From positions 19,594,001-19,658,000 of the forward strand of contig NC_086118.1 in the NCBI RefSeq assembly GCF_963921235.1: a stretch of 64,000 bases of DNA, read 5' to 3'. The DNA is from Mobula hypostoma (taxonomy: Eukaryota). Shown here one piece after another: positions 1 to 10,837 of this stretch. Positions within the stretch are counted from its first letter, which is position 1, and each line of letters opens with the position of its first letter. A program made the translations under genes and the position numbers. The notes beneath the pieces are model-generated. The model saw only the letters and a list, made by a program, of their open reading frames with translations. It had not been told where the DNA came from and did not search any database.

Positions 1-1453
1 TCCAGTCTCTGGCTCAGAGTCCAAGCCCGGGCTCCTAGCTCTCTTGTCCAGTCCTGTTCCGGGTTCCCGGTTTTCCTGTCCATGTCCTTGCTCTCACCCT
101 GTATCTTAGTCCTGCCCCTAGTCCTTCAGTGTCTGTGTCTTGCACTTGGGTCTGTTCCCACCTCCCTCCTTATGACAGAACGATCTAGCCAACCATGGAC
201 CCAGCGACACGGACATTGTCATTTTCCTCTTTCCACCCGGGGTTCCTTTCTGTTAAATACCCTCCCACCCACCCAGGTTGTCCATAGTCTGGATACCCTG
301 TTTGGTTGCCAGGAGGCTTCCGTAGAGGGAAGCGGGTACTGTCATGGTCTGGTCTGTGAAGTCTGTATTCCGGTTCACGGTCCGGTCCATCGACCCTTGA
401 TCTGGATTTTCCTGTCTACCCTGTTTCTGTTCTTGTTGAGCTCTAATTGAGGCAGCCGATGCTTGTTGGGGCTGGCTGCATAAATACCTTCAGAGACCAA
501 GGCGTGGCTGCTAGATTGTTCTTGTCCTACTCCTCGTATCTCTTCCCCTGCCCCCTGTTTCCTCGCCTGAAGCCTTGCCTTGTCTTGACGGTAACTCTCG
601 CCTCACCTGAAGTTCACGTCTCACCTTCCATTGCCTGAAGCCTTGCCTTGTCTTGCTGGTAACTCTCGCCTCATCTCACCTGCAGTCTTGTACTGGAGCC
701 ACCCTGTACCTAGCACCCTCCCTGTCCCTTGCCTCTGCCCAGGTAAGCCAGGCCATCTTCCATCACTTGCAGTTGGTTCTGTCCTTTCCTGTCTCTTGCC
801 TCCATCAGGTAAGCCAGGCCGTCTTGCCATTACCTGCGGTTTGTTCTGTCCCTTCCTGTTCCATGCCTCCGTCAGGTGGTGATCCACGCCCTGCCCAGGA
901 GTACCGCGCCCTGCCCAGGAGTACCGCACCCTGCCCAGGTGAACCACGCCCTGCCCAGGAGGAGCCTGCCTAGCCTCAAGCCTGAAGACTCCAGCTTCCT
1001 GCCTCCTGCCAAGCCTCACCTCAAGTCTCTAGCCTCTAGCGTCAAGCCTGAAGACTCCAGCCTCCTGCCTCCTGCCTCCTGCCAAGCCATGCCTCAAGTC
1101 TCTAGCCTCTAGCCTCAATCCTGAAGACCCCTGCCTCCTGCCAAGCCTCGTCTCTTGTCCCTAGCATCTAGCCTCAAGCCTGAAGACTCCAGCCTCGTCC
1201 TGTCTGCCAGCCAAGCCTCGTCCTTGCCTAGTTCTGGGGTCCGAGCCAGAGGCAAGACCCAGATACTGGGTCCTTGTCCAGTCTCTGGCTCGGAGTCCAA
1301 GCCCGGGCTCCTAGTTCTCTTGTCCAGTCCTGTTCCGGGTTCCCGGTTTTCAGGTCCATGTCCTTGATCTCACCCTGTATCCTAGTCCTGTCCCTAGTCC
1401 TTCAGTGTCTGTGTCTTGCACTTGAGTCCGTTCCCAGCCACCTCCTTATGACA
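1..1453 (+). mobile_element. Non-autonomous Gypsy (sushi/chromovirus-like) LTR element: end of 5' LTR (1-177), 162-bp internal region (178-339), complete 3' LTR (340-1453)
   Basis: Bases 1-177 are repeated at about 1277-1453. The LTR is bounded by TGTCAT...ATGACA. The internal part starts GAACGATCTAGCCAACCATGGACCCAGCG (ATG GAC CCA GCG = MDPA, sushi-type gag start) and ends in a purine-rich tract (GTAGAGGGAAGCGGG) just before the TG at 340. Confidence 0.85.
885..1230. repeat. Tandem repeat arrays inside the LTR
   Basis: Four ~20-bp CGCCCTGCCCAGG-containing units (885-960), then several AAGCCTGAAGACTCCAGC/CCTGCCAAGCC units (970-1230). Confidence 0.85.
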
Positions 1454-1457
1454 TCTC

Positions 1458-2108
1458 GTTTATTATCATTTAGAAATGTATGCATTAAAAAATGATACAG
1501 TGTTCCTCCAGAATGCTATCACAAGAAACACAGGACAAACCAAGACTAAAATTGACAAAACCACTTAATTACAACATATAGTTACAACGGTGCAAAGCAA
1601 TACCATAATTTGATAAAGAGCAGACCATGGGCATGGTAAAAAACAGTCTCAAAGTCCCGATAGTCTCATCATCTCACACAGGCAGCAGAAGGGAGAAACT
1701 CTCCCTGCCATGAACCTCCAAGCACCGCAAACTTGCCGATGCAGCACCATTGGAAGCACCCGACCGCAGCCGACTCTGAGTCCGTCCGAAAACTTTGAGC
1801 TTCCAACCAGCCCTCCGACACAGCCTCTCCGAGCACCATCCTCTGCCGAGTGCTTTGACTCCACCCCGGCTGCCGAGCAACAAGCAAAGCCGAGGACTCG
1901 GGGCCTTCCCCTCCGGAGATCCTGGATCACACAGTGGCAGCAGCAGCAAAGCAAGCATTTCAGAAATTTCCCCAGATGTTTCTCCGTGCTCTCACGTCCA
2001 TCTCCATCAAATCAGGATTGTGCACGGCACCCTACTTGATAAATAACAGACATCACCAACGGAGTGGCCATTGCGAGCGGCGTCGTGCCACCATCTTCTC
2101 CTCCCTCC
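1458..2108 (-). mobile_element. Short non-coding LINE-derived / SINE-like element
   Basis: The minus strand begins GGAGAAGATGGTGGCACGAC, a GC-rich leader resembling LINE 5' ends. It ends with ...AAATGATAATAAA, a LINE-like 3' tail. No TE ORF lies between. Confidence 0.5.
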
Positions 2109-2109
2109 A

Positions 2110-2957
2110 ATTAATTCAGTAATTCAAGGGTTAAGACATACAGATGCCTGTATTGATGATTTAGTGACAGGGAATGACACTTGGGAAGCACATATCTCTG
2201 CAGTGAAAAGGCTGTTTGAAAGGCTTTCAGAAGCCAACCTAACTGTTAACATAGCTAGAAGTGTATTTGAACATGCCACTGTGACCTATCTTGGTTACGT
2301 TGTGAGTCAAGGCAGGTTGGCTCCTGTTCAGGCAAATGTTCAGGCAATTTTAGAGTTTCCCACTCCAACCAGTAAAATGGCCCTCAAAAGATTCTTGGGA
2401 ATAGTAGTATATTAGTGCAAGTTCTGTAAGAACTTTGCTGAGATTGCCCTTCCATTAACTAACCTCCTGAAGAAAGGTGAGAAGTTTGTTTGGAAGGAAC
2501 CTTGTCAGGTTGTATTTGATAAATTGAAAGCTATCCTATGTCACCAACCTGTGCTCAGGTCACCTGACTTTTCAAAGCCTTTTTCCCTAGCTGTGAATGC
2601 CAGTGACGAGGCTGCAGGAGCAGTGTTACTGCAAATGGAAAATTATGATGATGTTGACAATCCTGTGGCTTACTTTTCCAAGAAATTTAATGGGCATCAA
2701 AGAAATTACTTAATCATAGAAAAGGAATTATTATCCCTTATTTTGGCTCTGCAACATTTTGATGTGTATGTTTGCGCAACTCAGAAACCACTCGTGCTTT
2801 ACACCGATCATAACTCATAGGTATTTTTGAGTAAACTAAAAAACAAAAATAGAATGTTGTTCAATTGAAGTTTGATTTTGCAAGAATATAATCTCTTAAT
2901 AACTCACATTAAAGGCCAAGATAATGTAAGTGCCCACTGTCTGTTCAGATATTGAAC
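2110..2957 (+). pseudogene. Degenerate Gypsy pol fragment (RT C-terminus + RNase H), Gmr1-like
   Basis: ORFs 2071-2415 and 2524-2820 show CIDDLV (YxDD), TYLGYVV, LKRFLG, PDFSKPFSLAVNAS..GAVLLQ, PVAYFSKK, EKELL and YTDH. The frame ends HIKGQDNVSAHCLFRY-stop with no integrase downstream. Confidence 0.9.
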
Positions 2958-3106
2958 TTGCAATGTAATTTTTATTTATTAATGGAGTGGAATTTTGATA
3001 TTTGTATACACTCCTGCCATATGCTATATTAGTTTGTAGAGTGCCGTATGATAACTGTATGTGTATTGGGCATTTTGTGGATTTTAAATACTTGTATATT
3101 TTGTAA

Positions 3107-3414
3107 GTGTTGGCTCGTGGCCAAGTGGTTAAGACATCAGTCTAGTGGTCTGAAGGTCGCTAGTTCGAGCCTCAGTTGAGACAGTGTGTTGTGTTCTTGA
3201 GCAAGGCACTTAACCACACATTGCTCTGCAATAACATCGGTGCAAAACTGTATCGGCCCTAGTGCCTTTCCCTTGGACAACATCAGTGGTGTGAAGAGGG
3301 GAGACTTGTATCACGGGCAACTGCCGGTCTTCCATACCACCTTGCCCAGGCCTGCGCCCTGGAAACCTTTCAAGGCATAAATCCATGGTCTCATGAGACT
3401 AACGGATGCCTATA
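3107..3414 (+). mobile_element. tRNA-derived SINE with CORE-like central domain
   Basis: A box TGGCCAAGTGG, B box GTTCGAGCC, central TTGAGCAAGGCACTTAACC and a (TA)n tail. 12-bp TSD TATATTTTGTAA at 3095-3106 and 3415-3426. Confidence 0.85.
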
Positions 3415-3482
3415 TATATTTTGTAAATTGTAGCTAAAATTTTGCTCTTGATAGAATAAATTTTTCTTTTCTTAGGGGGAGG

Positions 3483-4172
3483 TGTTACCTGTCCACAGTA
3501 TCGATTCCCGTGAGTGTCCCATAACTTTGTTACCTGTGTGCATCACATGATGGCATATCCCACTGGTATGAAAAGGGGGACCACCGATTGTTGGGAGTCG
3601 CTTTGTTGGGGAGTTACAGTGGGTGGTTACACAATCATAGAAGGAGAGAGAGAGAAAAAAGAGAGAGAGTGAAGATTGCAGGCTTTGAACGAACCCAAAG
3701 GATTGGGGTTAATTAGCAGCATTCGGTGTATTTCGGGTGTGACTGACACTGGGTTCAATCCATACTTGGCATGCACTTTTGTTAACCCTTACATGGTTTG
3801 GGTGTTCTGTGGTGACCACTTCGGCGAAAGGTCAGTTACTTTGGGAAAACTCACTCTTCAGAAAAGATACTTCTCGGCTAGGATTGGCGTCAATTGTTTC
3901 ATTGTTTCTTCAGGAAGTCTCTCCTCTCACTTATTTCATGAACCATTTGGACTTCTTAAACTACCACTTTAAGACTGTGCTTGAGTAAGATCTATTAAGA
4001 ATTGTCTCTAATTTCGACTGTTTGATAGCTAAAGACGCCTAACACTGTTAACTTCTGTTTAAGTTGGTTGTTTATTTACTTTTCTATGTTTTTGAGTAAA
4101 GGTTAATAAATTTTGTTGTTTATCTATAAAAAGCAGACTTAATTTCATATCTATTGCTGCTGGTACATAACA
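3483..4172 (+). mobile_element. 3' LTR of the Gmr1-like Gypsy element
   Basis: PPT AGGGGGAGG directly before TGTTAC (3483), AATAAA at about 4105, and an ...ATAACA end at 4172. Confidence 0.7.
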
Positions 4173-4189
4173 CAATGTAACTGAAAAAA

Positions 4190-4478
4190 TATCTTTTAAA
4201 TGGTGTAGTTGTAGCCGACTCAGCCACTTCTTCTGGCACCTCGTTCCATATACTAATCACCTTCTGTGTGCATAAGTTGCCCCTTCAGTTTCTTTTTAAA
4301 TCTTTCACTTCTCATTTTAAGCCTCTTGTTTTGGACTCCCCTACCTTGGAGAAAAGACTTTGACTATTCACATTATTAATACTCCTCAAGATTTTATTAA
4401 CCTCTATAGGCTCACCCATCAACTTTCTACACTCCAGGGGTAAAAAAAATCCCAAGCTTATCCAACCTCTCCTTGTAA
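4190..4478 (-). mobile_element. CR1 LINE 3' fragment
   Basis: The minus strand reads GYKERLDKLGIF..., the typical CR1 ORF2 C-terminal region. Confidence 0.75.
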
Positions 4479-4479
4479 C

Positions 4480-5230
4480 CTCCTTGACACAGTGGTGTCA
4501 AGAAAACAACCTCTTCCTCAATGTCACAAAAGCAAAGAAGCTGGTTATGGATTACAGGAGGAATGTAGATGGGCTGAGCCCTATTAACATCAATGGATCT
4601 GGGGTTGAGAGGGTAAACGGCTTCAAGTTCCTTGGCATCCACATTTCCGGGGACCTCACATGGTCTGTACACACCAGCTGTGTGGTGAAAAAGGCACAAC
4701 AACACCTCTTTCACCTCAGACGGTTGAGGAAGCTTGGTATGGGCCCCCAAATCCCAAGAACTTTATGCAGAGGCACAAATGAGAGCATCCTGACTGGCTG
4801 CATCACTGCCTGGTATGGGAACTGTACCACCCTTAATCGCAGAACTTTGCAGAGTGTGGTGTGGACGGCCCAGCGCATCTGTAGTTGTGAACTTCCCATG
4901 ATTCAGGACATTTACAAGGTCAGGTATGTAGGATCATTGGGGGCCCAAGCCATCCCAATCACAATCTATTTCAGCTGCTACCATCCGGGAAGCAGTACTG
5001 CAGCATAAAAGCCAGGACCAACAGGCTCTGGGTTAGCTTCCTCCACCAGGCCATCAGACTGATGAACTCACGTGATTTGAGTGTACTCTATATTACATTG
5101 ACTGTTCTAATTATTATAAATTATTATAAATTACTATGATTGAACATTGCACATTTAGATGGAGATATAATGTAAAGATTTTTACTCCTAATGTACGTGA
5201 AGGATGTAAGAAACAAAGTCAATTCAATTC
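4480..5230 (+). mobile_element. Rex1/Babar LINE 3' fragment
   Basis: ORF 4484-5008: WCQENNLFLNVTKAKKLVMDYRR, FKFLGIHISGDLTWS, ESILTGCITAWYGNC. (AATTC)n tail. Confidence 0.9.
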
Positions 5231-6492
5231 CTCATAAATATTTTTGCACCTTCTTCAGTTTAATGATAGGATCCTTTTGTAGGATGGCCAGGAAAGTACA
5301 CAGTATCCCATCGATAGTCTTACTTATGTCATCAATAGCTGTAAAGTTGAATATGAAGCTTCAGATGCATTCATTGGGTGAACGACACACACAATCAGCA
5401 ACGTCATGCTGCTCCACGAATCCCACTTGGGCAGTGTAAGTTGCTTTGAAGCTTCTTACATTCCAGCCTTCCATCCTTAGTATTAATACAAGGAGTGTCT
5501 TATTGGCAATATACAGTCTACTCTATCATGGGCTCAACCCCACCTACCTAATGCCTGAAAGTGAAATTCTCCAGAAATTTGTTTGGGCTGGAGAGTATGT
5601 CTGACTCTGATTGTGAGCCTCTTTGTGGGTGCATGGACTGGAGAAGACCTTTATAACCATTATGCACTCCAATAGTTTACTTTTGCATTGACTTAGGTCA
5701 GTAATATATTTGGGCAGGGTGACAATGGGCTATTTGATACTATTGGTTAATTTAGAACACCCTGGGCAAAATCAGACTCTTGCACCTCATCACTAGGGTG
5801 TCGGCATTACTCACTAAGATGTGGCATCTCTTAATGTGCTCAAACAAATGTGAAGGGAAATACAATATAAAATAACTCATACAATGAATGAAATTAAGCA
5901 ACAAAGCATAACATATGTAATGGAAAAATAATAGTTAATGTGGAAGTGAATATATTAAAAGATGCCCCAATTCAACTATCATTGTGATAAACTCCATTTT
6001 AATCAACTTTGATACCTCAAGGCTACAATATATCAAATGTTGTGCTAAAGATCATAAACACTAGAATGGTACTCATGAGAATCAGATAAATTACATAAGC
6101 CTTTTTATTGTTCTCACAAAAGAAATCCCACTGTGCATTGATTTTTATGTAAGCAAACAACGATAATCTGAATCAGAAATATTACCATCCTTGCAAGGGT
6201 TTGCTTGACTACTTAATTTATTTTTGTTTCAATGGCATGTATTTTTAAATCATTGAATTGCTTTGGAATGCCACACTAACAGAAAAATGATTGCATATCT
6301 AACTGATTTGTAATAGTTAGTTGCCATCTGAATGTTGCTTGTATGAGTGCAGGTTGTTTCCAAGGCTCATTGATATCACTAAAGAGGTTCAGTCTTAAAT
6401 ACACAGCTTCATCCTCCACGACCCTCCTTTCTAAACATGTACTCCATTTACTTAAAACATTTCTGATTCAAAAATAATCTTAAATTATATCT

Positions 6493-7010
6493 AAACACGA
6501 GAAAGTCTGCAGACGCTGGAAATCCAAAGCAACACACATCAAATGCTAGAGGAATCAGCAGGTCAGGCAGCACCTATGAATAAACACTCACTGTTTCAGG
6601 CTGAGACCCTTCTTCGGGACTGAAAAGGAAGGGGGAAGACACCAGAATAAAAAGGTGGGAGGAGGGGAAGGAGGCTAGCTGGAAGGTGATAGGCAAGGCT
6701 TGGTGTGTGGAACAGGTAAATGGCTGGAGAGGAAGTAATCTGATAGGAGAGGAGAGTAGACCATAGGAGAAAGAGAAGGAGGCATTGACCCAGGAAGAAG
6801 TGATAGGCAGATGAGAGGAGGGAAGGGGACAGAGTGGGAAATAGAGTAAGTAGGGAGAGGAAGGGAATTTTTTTTATTGGAAGGAGAAATCGATATTCAT
6901 GCCATCAGGTTGGAGGCTACCCAGACAGAATATAAGGTGTTGCTTCTTCACCCTGAGGGTGGTCTCATCTTGACAAAAGAGGAGGCCATGAACCAACACG
7001 TCATAATGGG
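6493..7010 (-). mobile_element. Penelope-like element 3' fragment (GIY-YIG C-terminus, pyrimidine tract, degenerate hammerhead)
   Basis: The minus strand of about 6874-7002 translates to VHGLLFCQDETTLRVKKQHLIFCLGSLQPDGMNIDFSFQ-stop. Minus-strand CAGTC-CCGAAGA-AGGGTCTCAGCCT-GAAAC lies near 6593-6622. Confidence 0.8.
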
Positions 7011-8044
7011 AATTGAAATCTATACAGCTCAGGAAGAACGATCATTATTAAAGTGCTCCCACTCTCTCGTGTATGGGAGCACCAGCATTCTGCATAATAA
7101 AATCTAACATAAGCTACTTGAAATGGGCATGATTTATTCAGGTAGTAATGCAGCTGGGTTCCTGTTTTTGATTAATGAGCCCATTGGGTCATGCATAATT
7201 AGCTGTTTGCTAACCACAGGACTGAGCATGAGAGCATACAGGTACAAGAGAATCAAAACAGCAGAATTCTTAATATATCCAACAAAAGGCTAATCACATC
7301 TGATTCCTGAAAATCATTAGCTTTGTGAAAACCAAATTTAATAATGTAAGCACACTAAACTTAACACCATAATGTTCGTCATTCAATTGTGATGTCAACT
7401 GCCTGATATACTATTAAAATAAATTAGTGTGAAACTGCTTGACACATTTATACTAAATAGATTTATTGTTGTGAATTTTCAAAATTATGGCACTGATTTT
7501 AATTGAACTTGTCAAGTAATTAGACAACTGTGCAGGCTTAATCCTGGAAAATGTCATTTTTAATAGCCATCAGCTACAGGTTATATACAGAGGAAAAAAA
7601 AATCAACTTCTATTGTACATTTGGTGATCACCCATATCCCTAGTAGATTATGTTACCGATTTATTTTTTCCTTTTGCATAGAACTCACAAGATAACCAAA
7701 GTATTTTGACTGCAGCAATCAATTAAAGGTTGATACTGGAGACTATTTTGATAAACTTGGTTTGAATTCACAGATTTGGGATATTAGACAGTGGAATGGA
7801 ATGAGTCCAATGTGAAGCTAATACAGATATCACAGCATGGAAGGGCAGAGTATAGCTCTTTGCATTTGTAATATTAGAATAGCTCTTGCCTAAAATCTAT
7901 CTACATTTTCACAAATGCAGATAGTAGGGAAATTAATACAGCAATGTTTAGGAATTTAAATGTCTTTGAGAAAAATACCAGTAATATTTTGAACATAATA
8001 TAAAGACATATTTACTATTTATGTTGTGCAAAACAAACATGTCA

Positions 8045-9812
8045 GATATGATGTATAGCATATTTGGAGTATTTTTCAGCCCCATATCTTGAAAGGATGT
8101 GCTGGCATGGGAGAGGATCCAAAGGAAGGTTTTGAGGTTCAAGATTTAAGATTGTTTAATGTTATTTCCTATACATAAGTGGAAAGGAGAACAAAATAAT
8201 TGTTACTCTGGATCTGTTGCAGCACAACAAAAACACAAAAGATAAAGAACACAATACTAATTAAAAACACAATGAGTATAATGAATACATAATATAGCTT
8301 ATATACACAGACATCAAGGAGTGAGATATAATGGTTATATGAGCACCAACAGGCAAATTCCAACTGGAGCAGCACAGGGCCCAGTTATCTCACCAGTCTT
8401 GTTCACACTGTACACAGACGACTGCAGAAGCTCACGCTCAGGCATGCAGTACGTCAAGTACTCAGATGACACAGTCGTCATTGACACTACCAACTCTGAT
8501 GACAGCATCGTTGAGGGAATCAACAAATTTGCTGGATGGTGCACAAACAACTATCTGGACCTGAACCCCAGTAAAACTAAGGAAATGGTAGTGTATTTTA
8601 GAAAACAACAGCACGCTGTCCCAACCCTGAAAGTAAGTGGCCAGTCAATAGAGCGTGTTGGAGAATACAAGTACCTCGGCACAACTATAGACAACAAAAA
8701 CACCTTTAAGACCAATGGTGGGATGATACTCTCCCAGTGCCAATAATGACTAGTTTTCCTTAGGAAGATGCTGAAACTTCAGGTCCAGCCATTGATTTTC
8801 CAGACATTTTATAAATGCTTCATTGAATCAACATTAACCTACAACATGATGGCATGGTTCAGAGTAATGAGTACGATCAACCTCAACCCACTCAGCAGAA
8901 TTGTCAGAATAAGTAGTAAAACCATTGGCCAGGAACAAGAATCACCAGCAGCACCCATAAGAGATGGACAAAAAAGAAGCTCAACAAATAGTAGAGGACA
9001 TTATACATACACTTCACACATATTACAGTCTCATGCCATCTGGATGCTGCTACAGCTCCCTGCCCATCTGCACCAGAAGAACCTTAACCAGTTTTGTGCC
9101 TTCCTCCATTCACCTCCTCAACACCCAATTTTGAATATACAATAAAAACAGTCAGCTTTATTATGTGTATTTGTATTTTAACTCACATACATTAATTCTT
9201 AGTATTTATTATCTATTGTGAGTATTTTATATTGTGCTTAACTGTATATAGTGTGGTGTTGTACACCTTAAGCTTTTGTGATGTTGTCCTTACCACTACA
9301 CAAACAAAGTTCCTCACGAAAAATAAAGTGAATTAAACTGAATTGAATTGAATATGTCCATATCGTGACGCTTTAAGAGCATACAATCTATAAGGTATCA
9401 CTTTATGGAATGATCTCAGGAATGAAAGAATTAGCATATGAAGAGCATTTGATGGTCTGGGCCTGCACTCACTGGAGTTTAGAAAAATAAAGGTGAGATT
9501 TCATTGAAACCTATTGAATACTGAAAGGCTTTATGGAGTGGATGTGGAGGGCATGCTACCAACAGAGACCAGAGAGCATTGCAACAGAATAGAAGGATGT
9601 CCATTTAGAATGGAGATCAGGTGGGATTTCTTTAGCAAGAGAGTGGTGAATCTGTGGAATTCATTATCAGAGACATCTGCGGAGGCCAAGTCATTGGGTA
9701 TATTTAATGTGAAGGTTGATGGATTCTTGATTAGTAAGTATATTAAAGGTTATGGGGAGAAGGAAGGAGAATGGGGATGAGAGGTATAATAAATGAGCCA
9801 TGATCAAATGGC
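8045..9812 (+). mobile_element. Old CR1 3' fragment split by a nested minus-strand LINE tail (about 8135-9410), itself carrying a second LINE
   Basis: CR1 sequence ...GGAGAGGATCCAAAGGAAGGTTT stops at about 8132 and resumes GAATGATCTCAGGAATGAAAG at about 9408. Confidence 0.7.
8312..9352 (+). mobile_element. 5'-truncated LINE (Rex1/Babar-related RT)
   Basis: ORF 8321-8746: GAAQGPVISPVLFTLYTDD, YVKYSDDT, WCTNNYLDLNPSKTKEM, YKYLGTTID. AATAAA followed by a (TGAAT)n tail. Confidence 0.85.
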
Positions 9813-10287
9813 TGATGTGATATATAATGCAAAGAAGGGAGTAAAAATAATATAAATGTATAGCTCCTCTTGGATATTTGGTGTAGCCTGACACAGAGAA
9901 TGAATGACATTTTGAATCACATTTCTCTAGTCATGAAAGTAAAGCAGGACATTTGTATAAATAGACTTATTGGGCAATCATCTGTTCCATCTGCTCATTA
10001 TTATTTTGCCATTCTAAAGCCAAAGTATCCTTCATCGAAGTTGCTGTCCACATTGATTTTAACAGCAATGTCTACCTAGAAATACAAAACACATTCCTCA
10101 CTCCAACCCCCAACTCCAAAGCCCACCTTAGTACATATTAGGGCAGGGGTGAATCAGTTCAAGAAACAAACTTGTCTCATGGTCTCGAGGTCTCAACACT
10201 TTTCCTTGGACACACTTTCATGTAGGCATGACTTAAATATGAGGAATCAGTGGAAACACGATGTGGCTCAAATTACATCTAGAGCAG

Positions 10288-10363
10288 TTAGAATAGATCT
10301 CTGAGTACTTCATTCATTGTTAAATTTAGAATAGATCTCTGAGTACTGCATTCATTGTTAAAT
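10288..10363. repeat. 38-bp tandem duplication
   Basis: TTAGAATAGATCTCTGAGTACT(T/G)CATTCATTGTTAAAT occurs twice with one mismatch. Confidence 0.9.
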
Positions 10364-10568
10364 TGCATACCTAGATTGATCAGACTCCATTTCTTAAGAC
10401 AAATGGAAGCGGAACTTAGGTTTGTGAAAATATACTAGTGATAAAGGCTGAATATAACAATCCAGCATGAACATGATTTAATAATTCTCCTATCAATTAA
10501 GCTTGGTGATCACATTACCATAAGTGAGTGAGGCTGATTTTATGTGCATAATTTATGTGTGACTATGA

Positions 10569-10830
10569 GGATCAGAATCAGTTTATTATTGCTGACATAT
10601 GTTGTGAAATTTGTTGCTTTATGGCAGCAATACATTGCAAGGCATAAAGAAAACTAAGGAAGTGCAAAAGAGGAAGAGTGAGGTTGTGTCCATGAGCCTG
10701 TGGACCATTCAGAAATCTGGTGGTGGAGGGAAAGAAGCTGTTCCTAAAATATTCAGTGCAGGTCTTCAGGGTCCTGTACTTCCTACCTGATGGTAATAAT
10801 GAGAAGAGGGCATTTTCTCATGTTTGGGAT
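10569..10830 (-). mobile_element. Rex1/Babar LINE 3' end
   Basis: GAATCAGAATCAG-type tail on the plus strand and AAGAAGCTGTTCCT...CTGTACTTCCTACCTGATGG, shared with other Rex copies in the window. Confidence 0.7.
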
Positions 10831-10837
10831 TCTTTCC

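Noticed and set aside
885..1230. CRISPR-like repeat array
   Set aside because: The units are contiguous tandem repeats without unique spacers, inside a eukaryotic LTR, and there are no cas genes.
82..1495. Cluster of overlapping ORFs of 60-130 aa
   Set aside because: They lie within GC-rich, tandemly repetitive LTR sequence and give low-complexity translations with no domain motifs.
3107..3185. tRNA gene
   Set aside because: A and B boxes are present, but the head continues into a SINE body with a tail and TSD, and the cloverleaf is degenerate.
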